DNA of 61,867 bases, the filler included, from Hausera hauseri (taxonomy: Eukaryota): NCBI GenBank assembly GCA_046269625.1. It is 13 parts of 13 records of this genome, joined end to end, with 100 filler letters (N's around TTAATTAATTAA, not from the genome) between each part and the next. Parts side by side here need not be neighbours in the genome. Positions count along the whole stretch, not along the records: positions 10,652 to 14,857 come from JBJURY010701549.1; positions 14,958 to 19,714 come from JBJURY010447802.1; positions 19,815 to 23,888 come from JBJURY010779648.1; positions 23,989 to 28,739 come from JBJURY010450135.1; 9 more parts are not named here. One strand, written 5' to 3'. Made by a program: the position numbers and the translations under genes. How positions within the stretch are numbered: the first letter of the stretch is position 1; each line of letters starts with the position of its first letter. The notes under the pieces are model-generated. The model made no database searches. It was given only the letters and a program-made list of their open reading frames with translations, and was not told where the DNA came from. Below, piece by piece: positions 12,461 to 26,900 of the stretch.

Positions 12461-14957
12461 GGGTATGCTTCATCTGCTAATTATGTTTCTTTCAGGAACT
12501 TCGTTGTTTCAGTAACTGTCATATTTGAAAACTATGTAAAGTGACAATTTGCTTCACAAATTACTAAAGTTGAACAATATACCGTAATATGCTTAAGGGA
12601 TAAATCAAACTGTCTGAAAATTGAACACTCCCCAAAATCAGCTGTCTCGTTACAATCAATAGTGTTGAATTGTTCTAGGGGAACACATTTCTATACTGAT
12701 TTCCCTTGCATATTTACCCCTGTAAAAAATCATCTAACCAAATTAAAAACTGAACATTTCTATACATCAAGATTCCTTACATTAATGAGAAATAAATGAT
12801 GATTTCAAATTACACAATTTATCTACTAAAAAGCGTAAACATTTGCTACATTTTCATCGTGGAATGTCGTAGCACGTAATGTTTTTAACAGTACAGAAGG
12901 GAAGCAGGCTCAACTGCTTGATCCTGTCTCCAACCATTAACCGGTCGTCAGAGAGATCCGATATATGGTAACCCAAGCATTTTCGATCTCTGAGAGCACT
13001 GACTGAGCTCGAATACCTGGTACCATTTAATATTTGAATCGGAGAGAATTACGTACTTCAAATTTTATTTTTTTAATATCCCATAGGAATTTAACACAGA
13101 TTACTTTAAGTGTCTGTGGATTTGGCTAGTCCCCTGCATTGTCTTTGATCCATAGTCATCGAGCATCAGCTCTTGTTGAGTCCTATGCATTACACGCCAC
13201 CGATTCTCATGCATTTATTTATTTGTTTATAAATGCAGCTGTTTATGAAGATTTTTGAGCATTAATGATCTTGGCATCTATAGTGCAAGTGATGCATCAC
13301 ATGTGAATTTCTGTGGGCTGCATTTGAAACCTTCTTGGAAGGTATTCTGCTACCATCTGGGGACTTTTGGAGTGATGTGTCCGATGAAACATTTGCTGCA
13401 CAGTTATTGTGATTACTTATTGTGAAACCATAGAACTTACCATGTATGTGCTATTTTGAGCACTATTTACCACAGTAATACAAACAGCAATTCACAGATG
13501 AGCACAGTGCTGACAACAAAATTACACTGATCACCTTGTCTTGCCACCAGAAAATCACAAGAGATGGAGATCAATGATGACCTACACTTCACAGCATGTC
13601 ACCCAATGACGATGATGTCTCGCCATGGCCACATGTTTGTACTGTTGATATTTTACATGCAACAAATTTTAATTACCAAGAAAATACATTTTGTCTGCCC
13701 ATCTAATTGGCATTTTTTTTATCACAGTGCAACACACACAGTGCTAGCAACAGATTCACAAAGTATGCTGTCGAAGACAAGATCAATGTATGCTTCCACA
13801 AAAGAGAATGAATGTTCTTGACCATTCCAATGTTGAAAGTATTATATAGATATACTATCCAGGTCATGCTGGAGTGAGAGGAAATGAGAAGGCAGGTGCA
13901 TGGGCTGGAAATGATTGTGAAAAAAAGCACACTGATAACAAACGAGGGATATGTGCTTATAGAATGAGGATTGGTGTATGTGGGGATAATGGAGGAAAAT
14001 GCATCCTGACAAGTAAAGTATGATGAAGCTAACAAGAACACAGCAGGCCTAGACAGGTAAAAGCCTCAAAAGCTCTGACTATGCCAACTGTTTATCTGAG
14101 GTGAAAGACTCAATGCAAACTCATTGAAAAACACACATGATTATCAATCAAGCATATATACATCAAAAATGTATTTAACATGTATTCAATAAGTATCCAA
14201 TATTAGACTTCAATCCATTACTGTCCTTCACGTTACAATTCTTTTCATAAAAATACTGTAAGGATCCCATCTTTCTTGCAAGTTTTCTTCCAGCCATTAT
14301 AGCAAGTAAAATTTGAACCCAGCCACATATGAGTTCCCTCCGGTATGCATTTCCATGAGTTATTTATAACCTCAACTGAACAAGTGCAACAATTACAGAA
14401 ATCAATAAACATTCCAACCTACATACATCATAACTTTAAAGAGAAAGAGGTGCTGTGTAAGTGGCAACTCACAGCCGGCCCCAATACACATCATAATGAA
14501 GATCCTCTGCCTACGTTCAAGCCATGTCTTCAGCCAAGGAAACCTCCCAGTTAAATGGCAGAGGTTTGGGATGGTCCCCAGTTGAATGATGGATTACTAA
14601 TAAACACCGAAAAAAAAATCATCACTGCTGTAAGCTTCTCTCAGTAAGTTCTTGTGCGTGTTAATCATGTCTCTTCAAGTGATAATTCAAGGTAAATCCT
14701 AAACCGCACCAGCTGACTTCCAGATCCCCACAGACGAAGATGGACATCACATTGTTTTTGATGTAGCTGTGTGTTCAGTAATTCGTCAAACAGTAGCACA
14801 TATCCATTTGATTTTCGTACACTGTCTTTCAGGATGGACTGAAAATAAGGTGCTAATNNNNNNNNNNNNNNNNNNNNNNNNNNNNNNNNNNNNNNNNNNN
14901 NTTAATTAATTAANNNNNNNNNNNNNNNNNNNNNNNNNNNNNNNNNNNNNNNNNNNN

Positions 14958-16760
14958 TCGTATTGTTTCACTCCGTCTGGGACGGCTTCACGCTTATTTT
15001 CAAAGTATTCTATATTTAGTCGTTTTCCAAAGATCATTTCCGCTGGTGTTTTTCTTATTGCCTTCTGATGAGTAGAATTTAAGGTATTTCTACGTGTGGT
15101 AGAGCCTGAGTCAAGTCACTAAACAATTTATTGGCATTACAGCAGTCTATCCATTCCCTGATGGTTCTGAATTGTTTTGCTATTTGTCCATTAACCTGAT
15201 GATGACATGGGCTCGAATATTGGGTTTGAAAGTTGAAAGTCTTTGAAATATTTTCAAACCTCCTTGACAGGAAACGCTTTCCCCTGTCAACGTGCACAGA
15301 TTTTGGTGTACCAGAGCGTAGAATCCAATGATGAACTAGTGCATCCGCTAACGTATTTTCATCTTGTTTCTGAACTGCTCGAAGAATGATATATTTACTA
15401 AATTGATCAATAATAGAAAGTATGTATTTCTTTCCATTCGGAGCAAGTTTTATGGGTCCACAGAAATCAATGAATATTGATTTAAATGGTTCAACGGCCG
15501 ATAGTTTTAATTCGGATTCCTTAGTTGGCAGAGTATATGTATTCCGTTTTTGACATATCGAGCATTGTTTAACTACAGATTTCACCTTTTTCGCGAAATT
15601 GTCCATATTGAAATAGTTATTCATGTATATACATATACTTTCTTATAACCAGTGTGACATAATTTCTTATGATATTGATTAATTCTTCTCTATCCTGTAA
15701 TGAAATTTCTTTTATTTCTTCAATTTTTAAAGATTTCGGATAATCGTTGTGGATCTGCTGATTTATAAAATTCATTGACGCCACTTCAATATAATTCACT
15801 TTAGTTTTCTCTGACTTAGCGTTTTCATGTGTACATTTTCCTCACCCCATACGAGATATTGAATCTGCATTGTCGTGTATTGCTCCTTTTCGATATTCCA
15901 ATTTAACATTAAGGCTACTCAGAAAGTTTATCCAGTTCTGAAATTGAGCTGTAATTGACTTCTTTGTAGCGAGCTTGAATGTTATAGCTTTATGATCAGT
16001 ACGCAATGTGAATTCCTTCCCGCATAGGTAGTGCTGAAAATGTTGTACGAAATGGAAAATGGCTAATAATTCTTTTCTCGTTATGCAGTAACCCATCTCA
16101 TGTATATTCATACTTTTGGGTCCGTAAGCCATAACGTGTTCATTACCGTTTTTGTCATTCTGTGATAGTACTGCGCCTATTGTATCGAGGTTGGCATCAG
16201 TGTCCAATGTAAATTCTTTTTTGAAATCTGGATGGCAAAGTATTGGGGCTTGTAGCATTATATTTTTTAATTCTTTGAATGCAAATTCACAAGCTTCGAT
16301 TCCGATTGTTTTCATTAGTACTGCTAATTAATACTTCCAGTGGTTTCGATAACTTTCCGTAATCATTGATAAATTTCCTATAATAATTTGTTAATCCTAA
16401 AAAGCTCCTTACATGCTTGAACAACACGACTGTTTGAAATTCTGAATGGCTTTTATTTTCTCATTGTCAGTTTTAGTACCTTTTTTATTGATTATGTGAC
16501 CAAAAAACTTTACTTTCTCAACAAGAAATTTACATTTTTCGGAATTCAATTTTAGTCCCGCACTCTTCATTTTTTGCAAAAGCTTTCTTATTCTCTGTAA
16601 GTGTTTCTCCATCATCGATGAAAATACTAATATATCGTCTAAGTACACAAGATATGCGTTCCATATCATATTTCCTACCACAATGACCATCGGCTTCTGG
16701 AATGTGGATGGTACCGCAGCAATCCCGAAAGGCATTCGGCTGTTTTCAGTGTTCATTCTT
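14958..16760 (-). mobile_element. Degenerate Ty3/gypsy pol (RT-RH-IN) from a different family
   Basis: RMPFG, YLDDILVFS, LDTDANLDTIGAVL, TRKELLA, TDHKAI, NADSISR, IDFCGP, VDRG, HHQVNGQ. Confidence 0.92.
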
Positions 16761-16762
16761 CG

Positions 16763-17880
16763 TCAAGTTCTACCTACGAAGTGTTCTGAGAGAAACCATA
16801 AATGACGAGAGAGGACAGTAAACGCGACATCAGCAACGGCTCGGTTTGGATACGCATGAAGAAGTTGCAGCATCTGTGCATCATTCAAAGGAGCATGAGA
16901 GACCATTGGAGCCTCATGCCACAAGCGCCCATACACAAGTGCAACGAAGATAGCAAGTTCAGTCAGTCCTTTGCACTCTCTGGCAGTTAAAGTCAATTGA
17001 CCTTTAAACAGTACAATCTTCAAAGAGTAGATGGCCTTGGCCGTTCATCTGCCATGGAGCATCGCACCAGGTGCTCGGAAAGTTAACCGTTCCAGCTAAG
17101 CTACAGACACCTCTTTGTGTACGGCAATTCCAGATTTTTATAGTGCTCTGAGACAGCACCACATCGTCGAGAGGATGTCCCAGAGCCTTGGCTACTGATG
17201 CTACCACAAACATAGCTCCACGATCAGGCACGTTGATGCTGTCAAAAGCACCAGAAACTTCTGTGCTTGCTATTATATTCTTGGTTGACTTCCTGTACTT
17301 AGTTGTTTTGGCTGATCGTGATTCATCAAAAGATAATGGAAATGTAACTGTGAATTCTATGTCCGTGACATTATCGCCCATATTACGGCCTTCAGATAAA
17401 GTTGAAGCGCTTCCTGATCCCTTTTCTACGTCATCAGGTGCTTCTAGCTGTTCAACCTATGCCTGTCTTTGGCTTCCTATAGGCTCTTTTCCCGCCTCCT
17501 TTTTCGACAGCTTGCAATCCACTCCTGCTATGATGCAGCTAGTAACGGCCATCCTTTAATAAGGAATTGCTTATCCCAATTATTATCATTATCCGTATCA
17601 TTAGTCATTACGCCATCACATTCTTAGTTGCAATATTAATTGTTTCCGGAGATCATCGCTTAATGATTGTTCTTTAACCCCGTATCTTTCCAATGACTTT
17701 GTTCTGTTTTTCTTCAGTAGCTGATATTCATCATCCAACTTTATGAGTTGTTGTATTTCAGCGGAGTTGATTTGCTATTAGGATTCTAGCTTTCTTCCAT
17801 ATCTCCAGAAACTCAATGATAAGGTTAAACATTCATTTGTCTGCTGCAGCCGGTCTCTTGTAAGTAGGACCAATAGGTAT
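16763..17880 (-). mobile_element. DNA transposase remnant (hAT-related, probably hATm-like)
   Basis: Frameshifted PGAM..RW.AKAIYSLKIVLF, followed by APLND and RHLWFLSE motifs. Confidence 0.6.
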
Positions 17881-17942
17881 TGAATATAGGCAATTTGTTG
17901 GTGAAAATTGTATAGTCTAATTTTTAGCCTGTCTGGAAAACA

Positions 17943-19714
17943 GTGAAAACCTTAGTTTTTCCTTTCTATAAGAATGCGAAGAAACCCATGATCCACTTAA
18001 ATTCTCCTGAATGGTATAGGTTTAGAAATGCTACTGCTTGTTACCTCTGTCATAAAAATGGTTCTGATTTTGTTCGAGATCACTGCCATGTTACAGGTAA
18101 TTTCTTAGGTCCTACTTGTAACAAATGTAACTTGGCGCGTCAGATCAGATACAATTTACCTGTAATTTTCCAAAATTTGCGTGGATATGATCTTCGTCAT
18201 AACTTAGTTGGGACTTGAGCGTGATTCCAGAAATGATAGAGTAATTTTTAACTGTTCGATCAAATATAGTATTCATATAAAAAGTCAGTTTCTATTCGAT
18301 TTCTCGACCCATTCCAATTTTTACCGGCTTCACTTAAGACTTTGGCTTTCATCTTAGATAACTACCCATTCACTGCATCTGCCTTTCCTTCATATATTAT
18401 TAAAGGAAAAGGGATTTTTCCATACACTGCTGCAAAAACATTCAGTGACTTGCAGTAGATTACTGGATTACCACCAATATTGTAAGGTGTTAGCAATACT
18501 GACTATGAAGAAGCACAACTTACCTGGTGAAAATATAGTTGTAACTGTCTTTTAGATTATATGTTAGTATACATGAAACTCGATGTATATTTGTTATGTG
18601 ATGCTTTTGAGCGGTGTAGGAAGGAAGTTAAATTGCATGATGGTTTAAAGGCTACCAATTTTTTCTCCACTCCAGGTTTAAGTTGGGCAAGAGCACTGAA
18701 AATAAGCCGGTGCCGCATTGAACTCATTCAGGATCCTGAAATGTTCAGTTTCTTTCATTCAAGTATTCGAGTTGGTATGACTTTTGTAAATAAATATAGA
18801 CTTGTCTATTATAAAAGTTCCAGTATCTTGTACATTGATGCAAATTATGTGTCCAACTGGACTTTATCGCAACCTTTGCCATTTGCAAATTTGACTTACA
18901 TTTATGATGAAGATAATTTAAGTAGTCTAATTGAGCAGTTGCCTGATGTTGAGTGCGATAAGGAAAATCGAGTCTTAGTATTTGAAGTTGACTTAAGTAT
19001 TCCGCCTAACAACATGATAAATTAGACCAACTCCTTTTAGCTTTAATAAATTAGTGCCCTCCTGGTTTAAAAGTAAAGAAATGGCTTCCTACACTTCAGC
19101 GTAATTCCACATATGTTGTTCAACACCGGCTCTTACACTTTTACATCGAGTTAGGCGCTGTAATTTAAAAGGTACATCGGGCTGTTGGGTTTGACCATAG
19201 TTATGTTTTTAAGGATCTAAACACTGCAAAGAGGGCTGCAGCGAATAATTCTTTTGAGAAGGACTTTTTAAAGCTTAAAAACAACAGTTTGTATGGAAAA
19301 ACCGTTGTAAACCTGTTGAAAAGGTAAAACCTGAGACTGTGTAATAATGCTAAGAAGCTTATTACATATGCTAGTAAAGCCCAGTTTAAAGATAGTATTA
19401 TAATAGTTGATGATGTAGTTGCTGTTCTCCTCAATAAAAACATGGTCACATTAGATAGGCCGTCATACATCGGGCAGGCCGTACTTGATCTTTCCAAGTT
19501 ATGGATGTATGAGCTGAATTATGTCGACTTGGAGACGTATAGACACAAGTTACAATGTGAACTTAATATTGTTGCTGGTGATACTGACAGCGTTTTCCTT
19601 AAATGCCGTGGTGTTGACTTAAAATCGCAGCATTTACCCGCAATGATAGCAAACGAGCATTTAGGTACGTCAAACTATGACAAGAGTAATTCGCTGTACT
19701 GAACTCGTTTCGCA
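17943..19714 (+). pseudogene. Polinton/Maverick protein-primed DNA polymerase B with endonuclease VII-like zinc domain (degenerate)
   Basis: CYLC..VRDHCHVTGNFLGPTCNKCNL, FQNLRGYD, KGIFPY, DVYLL, YIDAN, KLKNNSLYGKT and GDTDS. Multiple stops. Confidence 0.9.
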
Positions 19715-19814
19715 NNNNNNNNNNNNNNNNNNNNNNNNNNNNNNNNNNNNNNNNNNNNTTAATTAATTAANNNNNNNNNNNNNNNNNNNNNNNNNNNNNN
19801 NNNNNNNNNNNNNN

Positions 19815-22140
19815 CTTGCGTAAGTAATGTAATATATCTTTAATCAAAGGTAGAGGATAAGCGTCCATGGTAGTAATGTTATTAAGTTGGCTATGATCGC
19901 CGCTTGGACGGAATGTGCTATCTTTTTTGGGAAAACGTGGAGAGGTGATGCCGACGGTGATTTTGATCGTTTTATTATTCCAGCTTGTTCTAGTGTATAG
20001 AATTCCGCTTGGACTGCCTGTCGACGGCGTGGTGACAGTGGGCGGAGTTTCTGTTTAACGGACATAAGGTTTTCTGTGATGATATAATGAAACGTCGTGT
20101 TAGCCGGTCGAAATGCAGGGTCTTTTTTAATTGTATGGAAACAAGATATGAATAAATATTGTTGCACTTCTTGGCTAAGCGTAGTAAAGATTTAATTGGA
20201 TTTAATGTGAGAAATGGTAGAAATCGGGTCGTTTCAATCGGACGTCAACAGAAAAGTAAAACTGTTTATATTGGATTTATCAGTAAGGTTTTTATTCACA
20301 TTGGTTAATGGTTTTTTCAATATTGATTTTATAGTTGATATCGGTTGGTTATCTGTAGGGGTCGGCTTTGTTGAACTGCTTTTAATGATCCGACGTTGCC
20401 TACAATCTACAAGGAAGTTGTAGAAGGATAAGAAATTAGACCTAAGTATTGCAAATTGTGTGTCGGCGGCGATGAAAGTCCAATTGAAAATGTCGGAAAA
20501 TGGTGGTAACGTGAATGATACCTTGGCCGTGCCGAATACGCGTAAAGCTTGGCCGTTTGCCGTTTACAGTTTAGTTGAAGTCGGTGAGATGTTTTATATT
20601 TTGGTGGACATAGGTAGAAGGGACACTGCTGCTTAAGAATCTATTAGGAAGTTTATTGGCTGATTAGGTTTGGATGTTAAGGAGGCTTTTAATGTGAAGA
20701 CGCCTTTGCTAGCATGCGCCGGAACATCTGGTGGCTTTGTCAATTTTTTTGGATGGACAGATTTTGGAAGTCGTGAGAACTACTATGGAATTTGTCAGGT
20801 CGGTTAGAAAACGTGCAGCCGTTAATGCAGTTTCGGGCTTTATTGATGAACCTATTATGATAAATGCAAACAATGTCAGATTTTTGAAAAGCTGCTGTAA
20901 AGAAGTTGCACCCCAGGCAACATTTGTTGGATTGGTTCTTGAATTTAGTGTAATAATGGCACACCATGGGTCGAGTTGGGGACCTAGCGGATCTCAAATT
21001 TTGCGATGAATCACGGATATGATTGGGTGTGAATCGACCACGTCGCGGTATGGATAAACTGTCCAGTTTAGAAGTTAAAGCAGAAATGGCTTGGTGTATT
21101 GCCGTGTTTTCAGCCCGTAGAGCGTTTATTTGGTTATTCAGCGCTAAGATTTCAGCGTTAGGTGGTGCCGAAGGTGGTTGTAAGGTGGCTGCGATGATAG
21201 GAGTATGGTGTATCTAATATTTCATAGCTTTTGTCAGCCAGTTGTGCTAACTTTTCTAACGTAGCGGTGTCTTCAATGACGGTTAGTAAAGCACGTATTT
21301 CTTACGGTAACGATTAAAGGAAATATCTACGCAATAAGTCGGCATTGTTTGTCTGGTTTACCCCTAACTTGTTTAATTGGGTTAAAGATGTTTGTAAAAA
21401 TTCTCAGGGTTTCTGGTTTCTTATCGAATTATCATTGAAATATTTTTGGATAATGTTAGCCAGAGAAGGCTCAATGAGTTTAAGAACGGCGTTAAATAGT
21501 GTCTCGTATGGGTCTACGGTTTGGAAGATTTCGGAAAGATTTGGGAGCAGTGATTTAATACTGACTGGCAACAGTATTAATAGACTATTTGCTTTGAAGA
21601 AAGGGTCAGTAATGTTATTTGATTTTAGCCACTGTACATGGAATTCTAGCCATGTACTACTGGAATGTTTTTTGTCGGTAAAGTAGTCGACACAAGGGAA
21701 ATTGACTAAAGAGGGTGCTGCAGGTAGAACTACAGGAGGCTGTTTGAGAGGAACGTGTATGGTGGGAATATAGGTGAGTTCCTAGGAGTCGTTTATTGTA
21801 GATTTGATGTCGGAACTACCAAATAGGCGAGGACATAAGGTAATTATTAACAATGGTGAGGATAAAAAGGATGATATTAGATCGGAATAATGAAGGTAGT
21901 ACCCGTTTATTCTTAGAGTGACTCTTTTAAAGTTAATTCGATAAGCCAAATCTACAAAGAAATCTGCTACTGTTGCCTTAGCGTGTGTGATGTGTGTATA
22001 TGTTTATTTTGAAGGAAAAGAAAAATAGGGAAAATGGCGAGTTTCATGTCAGGGAGATAGTGCGCCGCCGGGGACACGCTTGCGCCAAAACCATGGGTGC
22101 TGTGAAATTCTGGTCGTGTTAACGGTGGATCAAACGCCAG
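19815..22140 (-). mobile_element. CsRn1-like gypsy (related subfamily): gag, protease and start of RT, degenerate
   Basis: VCHYYTKFKNQSNKCCLGC and VCIYHNRFINKARNCINGC; gag ends QKN* at A_AAA_AAT; RPLSPRRRQAV and SASPLHV. Confidence 0.9.
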
Positions 22141-22721
22141 GACTGCTACTGTATAATTTTCACCTGCTGACGGGGAGCACTGACCTTTAAACTCATTGTA
22201 GGTTGCCTTCGAGTGATCGTATTAACGTATTGTAAGAATGTAAAAACGTATTTTTCTTCTTCTGAAGTTCGACGTAGTTGATGTATCGTCTTATTTTTAA
22301 TGACGAACGGAAAGCAAGTTGAGAGATTATAAAATATTGTGATTTTCTCTCCAAAATTTTTATCTACGCTGCATGTTACGAGAAAATTGCTGAAACCTTG
22401 GAAATCAGATTTATTGGTATTGTACAGGATGACGTCAAAATAAACTATATCTAAAATACTAAAATAGATAATTCCGAAAACTGTATGATCATCTATCGTA
22501 ATTGACGTTTTAGATTTGTAGAATCCCATTTTTTACCGATTCTTGTAAAAGGTGTATTAAATGGTAATTTAGACGGTGCATTTGACACCTAAATGATAGA
22601 CTTGACGATTTTATTTATGGAAGGTTCTTTAGGTTGGTAAATAGGGGTACGTATGTATCGCCGCATTATAGTAATGTTATATGAGCACGCATAAGCATAT
22701 AAATGTGTTATTGAGAGATAA

Positions 22722-23225
22722 TTAAAATACATGATCCAACCTTTGACTTGGGAAGGCAATGGTCCTGTGTCCAGAATTGCTGTAGAGCACGGGATCGTTG
22801 GGTTTCTTTGCTGTACGGCACGTGACAGAATTGTTATTAACTGAATTGAACAAAATTGAGGTAGAATAACCTGTTTGTGAAAGAAATTTCGAAATTATTT
22901 CAATATTCGATTTCGGATGTAGTTTCAATGGATATTGTAAGTGATTATCCAACTGAAGTAATGTGACTAATAAGTGTAATCTTTTCTTCGAACTATAAGA
23001 ATTGCCGGTACGTATTGATTCCAGTTCCTGGTTACTCAAATGTGATGATAACGTATGATCTGATCGCCTTGATTGTAAACCGAGAACATTAACAATGCAC
23101 AATTTTTCATTGGGCATGTAGCCGTCATTATGCCTCACACTGTTGTTGTTTGATGGAGTACTATTAACAAATGCAAATTTCGATTCCAGAAGTGTGCCTT
23201 CCAACGTATCATTTTCGATGTCCAT
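22722..23225 (-). CDS. Uncharacterised Ser/Asn-rich ORF upstream of gag
   Basis: 167-aa ORF, no family recognised. Confidence 0.25.
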   Translation of the reverse strand: MDIENDTLEGTLLESKFAFVNSTPSNNNSVRHNDGYMPNEKLCIVNVLGLQSRRSDHTLSSHLSNQELESIRTGNSYSSKKRLHLLVTLLQLDNHLQYPLKLHPKSNIEIISKFLSQTGYSTSILFNSVNNNSVTCRTAKKPNDPVLYSNSGHRTIAFPSQRLDHVF

Positions 23226-23336
23226 CTTATTTCTTCGACGTATTCTGGGACGAAATTAAGAGGCGGATAATTCGGAAAATGTATTTTGAGTGGAATTTAT
23301 TGTAACTGAAGAATTATTCAAATTTATCCCAATAAG

Positions 23337-23888
23337 TTATTCCTTGTTCGTTCTATGGCGAAAATGAACAACTGCATGACAGCCTCCACACGCCACATCA
23401 TCAGTATTGACTTGAGCACCGAGCTTTATTAAAATTCGTGAAATGAAAAATATGTTGAGTTTAACAGCGACGTGTAAAGGCGTTTGCTTTGTATTGTCTC
23501 CGTGAAGGTAGTTACAACCCAATCTTTCTAAGCATTTAAGAGAACCGCCCATAACGGCACAATGAACTGAGTTTTTGTCAAAATTGTCATATTGGTGGCT
23601 TTCTTCGGGATCATTCGACAGTTTTCGGCCAGTTGATATTTTCAGGTGTTCAGTGTAAATGTGAAGAAATAAGAGGTTTTATTAATTTTTCAACGGTATT
23701 TAGCTGATTATTGATATAAGATAAATGCAACGTGCGATTATTGTTATTTGTCATGGAATCCGATTCGGCACATATTTTGATTAGATTTATAACTGTTTCG
23801 GTGTGACCAAAAGACAATGCCACGTGTAGAGGAGTATAGCCTTCGGTGTCACGACAATTTATATTAGAACCTTTCTCGATAAGCATAT
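23337..23888 (-). pseudogene. Ankyrin-repeat gene fragments
   Basis: LIEKGSNINCRDTEGYTPLHVA and QTPLHVAVKLN..LIKLGAQVN. Confidence 0.85.
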
Positions 23889-23988
23889 NNNNNNNNNNNN
23901 NNNNNNNNNNNNNNNNNNNNNNNNNNNNNNNNTTAATTAATTAANNNNNNNNNNNNNNNNNNNNNNNNNNNNNNNNNNNNNNNNNNNN

Positions 23989-26900
23989 AAATATATTTCA
24001 TGGAAAAACTAAACGTCGACAGGTATGATATCTGTCGTGCTTAAAAAGCTTTACCGCTAGAACTACAGCCAATAGTTCACAATCGAATGTTGAGTATCGG
24101 CTTTCAGATTGCATGAGCTTTCGGGAATAGAATTCTAACGGTTCATCGACGCCATTGTATATTTGTATATTTCTGTGGTTGAGGCATCGGTAGTTAATAT
24201 TAGTTCAGCGTTTGGCTTTGGAAAGGCCAAGATTTCCATAGTTTTCAAACCTTCACAAAGGCGATCAAATTGATTTACTAGATCGGGAGTCCAATGGATT
24301 AATTGTCTTTATTTCCCAGATGAGAGGTGTGCGAAAGGTGCTGTTAGTTCGGAACAGTGTGGCACGTATTTAAGTACAAAATGCAGTGTCCCTAGAAAAC
24401 TCCTCATATCGTTAGTAGTGGTTGGCAACGTCACATTTTTAATTGTTGTAAGCGATCAGGCTGAGGCGGATGCCCTTCGGGAGTAATTATGTGGCATAAG
24501 AAGTTGACATGTTTCTGGGAGAAATTTCATTTGGCAAAATTAACTTGCAGGGTGCTTTTATACAGTCTGTAGAAAATAATCCTAAGGTGCTCATGATGTT
24601 GTTTGATGGAGTTGGAAGCGACTAATATGTCATCTATGTATGGGTGAGCAAAATCAAGACCACAAAGAACGGTGCCAATGTGGCGCTGAAAGGTCTGAGA
24701 TGCGCTACGAAGGCCGAAAGGCATGAAGATGTATTCATAAAGACCAAATGGTGTGATGACATCAGTTTTTGGAATGTCATCAGGGGCAACAGGAATTTGA
24801 TGGTAGGCTTTGTGCATATCAATGGTTGAATAGGTATTGGTGTTGTTGAGGCTGTGAAGAATATCTTTAATGAATGGTAGTGTATAGGCGTCTGTAATAA
24901 TCAGACTGTTTAATTGACGATAGGCGCCACATGGCCTATAGGTACCATCTTTCTTTACCACTACATGAAGAGGAGAAGCCCACGGTGAATTAGATCTCCG
25001 AATGATGCCTGACCTTTCCAGTTCATTAAATTCCTATTCCACAGCTTTACGTCTGCGTGACGACAAGGGTCTGATCTTTTGTTTGATCGGCCCCTGATGC
25101 TCTGTTACTACGTAATGATAAGTTGTGGATGGAGGCTTAAAGTTGACGTCCATTTTAACTATGCGAAAGCAAGACGTTGTGACGTATGATTTAAGATCGT
25201 AGTCTAGGGACAAGAATGAATGAAGCATATCATTAGAGAGAACAGCTCCAGTGATTAACGAAAAGCAACTGGCATCGCTACTGTCGACGACTAATTTGGA
25301 TTTTTGTTTTAGAATAGATTTATGATTGTTGTCCATAATTGAAATATTGCCGACTTTATCGGAAGTTTTTTTATAGATGTCAAAGCGTTTAACAGGTTCA
25401 TAAATGAGTGTAGTGAATTGCTCATTAAGTTGTCTACGAGACACATGTTTGGAGTTGCAATCGAGTTCCTGCTTAAAAAAACAGCTGTATTTGAAATCGA
25501 CCAATAGATCATGTGCGACGAGAAAATCTGAGCCTATTATGGAAGATTTAATGTTAGTCACGTGGAAGTTCCAGACAAACTTATCTGGCAAGTTAGCAAA
25601 TGTGAAAGTCAATTCCATGGTTCCTGCAACATGCAACGGTTAACCACTGGAAGTGAAAAGCAGTGGACAGGAAATCATAGTCAATGTGAAAACGAAGGAC
25701 AAGGGAAGGAACGAAAAGGCAGCTCCGGAGTCTATAAAGAAGTTGATATGTAAAGTATTTCTAAATAACAGTACAGATTTCAACAGAAACACTTCAGAGG
25801 CGGTGTTGAAACGGCCAGAAGATTGAGCGATATTGCCTGCGCCAGAATGTGCCGTAAAATCTGGCGGCGTTATTAGTTTTTTTGAAGGTTTTGGAGAAAA
25901 GGATAAGGAGAAGGAAAAGCCAGGAGATTTGCCGTTGTAATGTTTACAACCAAGCACACATGACCTAGTCCATGACTGAAACTTATTGTGATAGACGCAA
26001 ATGGGGTTGTCCACAACTGTAGAACCGACAACCCAAAAAACATTTCCTAGCATCCCTTCGAAATCGCGTATGATAAAAACTAATCATGCGTCCACCAGGT
26101 GAAATGGATCGAGCAGTGTCTGGAAATGCTTCTCTCCCTTGAAGGTCTGGTTTCGCTTCGTCGAGGCCCACTAAGATTTTTTAGTTGTGTAGTAATAGCC
26201 AAAATCGATTGCTGTAACTCGTCAAACTGTTGCTGCGTCATTTGCAATTGTTGTGAAAATGAAGTGCTATCTGTGTGAATGTGTGTGAGCGGTTGCTGCA
26301 GCTACTAGTTGAGAACAATTAGATTGCAAAATGTCAAAACTTTTGTCTGCAAATAAGGCGAGCTCTTCAAGGGCCGTTGAGTCGTCTACTACAGTGAGCA
26401 GCGCTCTGATGGAAGTTGGTAAGGATGAAAGAAAATACCAACGAAGAAGATCGTCATTGTTTCTAATAGTGACGCCTAAGTAACTCAGTTAAGATATTGC
26501 AGTTTTAAGAAAATCCGATGGTTTTTGATTTTCGATGGCATGTTCATTAAAATATTTCTGAACTATGCTGTCAATGGAAGGGTCGGTAATGTGTATAACT
26601 AATTCGTGAAGCATATCATATGGATTTGAAGAGGTTAGTATGTCTACCAGATTATTGATTTGATACCTGGTATTAGCTGGAAAAAGTAGTAGCAAACTGT
26701 TTGCCCGCAAGAAGGAATCTGTGATATGATTGGCCTTAAGCCACTGCAAATGTAATTGTAACCAGGTATAACCCAAATTCGTCTTGTCGAAAAAAAATCT
26801 GTGCAAGGGAAATTTAGAGATGCAGTTGGTGTGGGTTCGGCAGGACGACGACTTGATCTGGTATTAGTGGGGTTTTCCACATAAGAAGGATCGGGGTCCG

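Noticed and set aside
12850-14857. Short ORFs and possible SINE or exon fragments
   Set aside because: No motif I could support; left unannotated.
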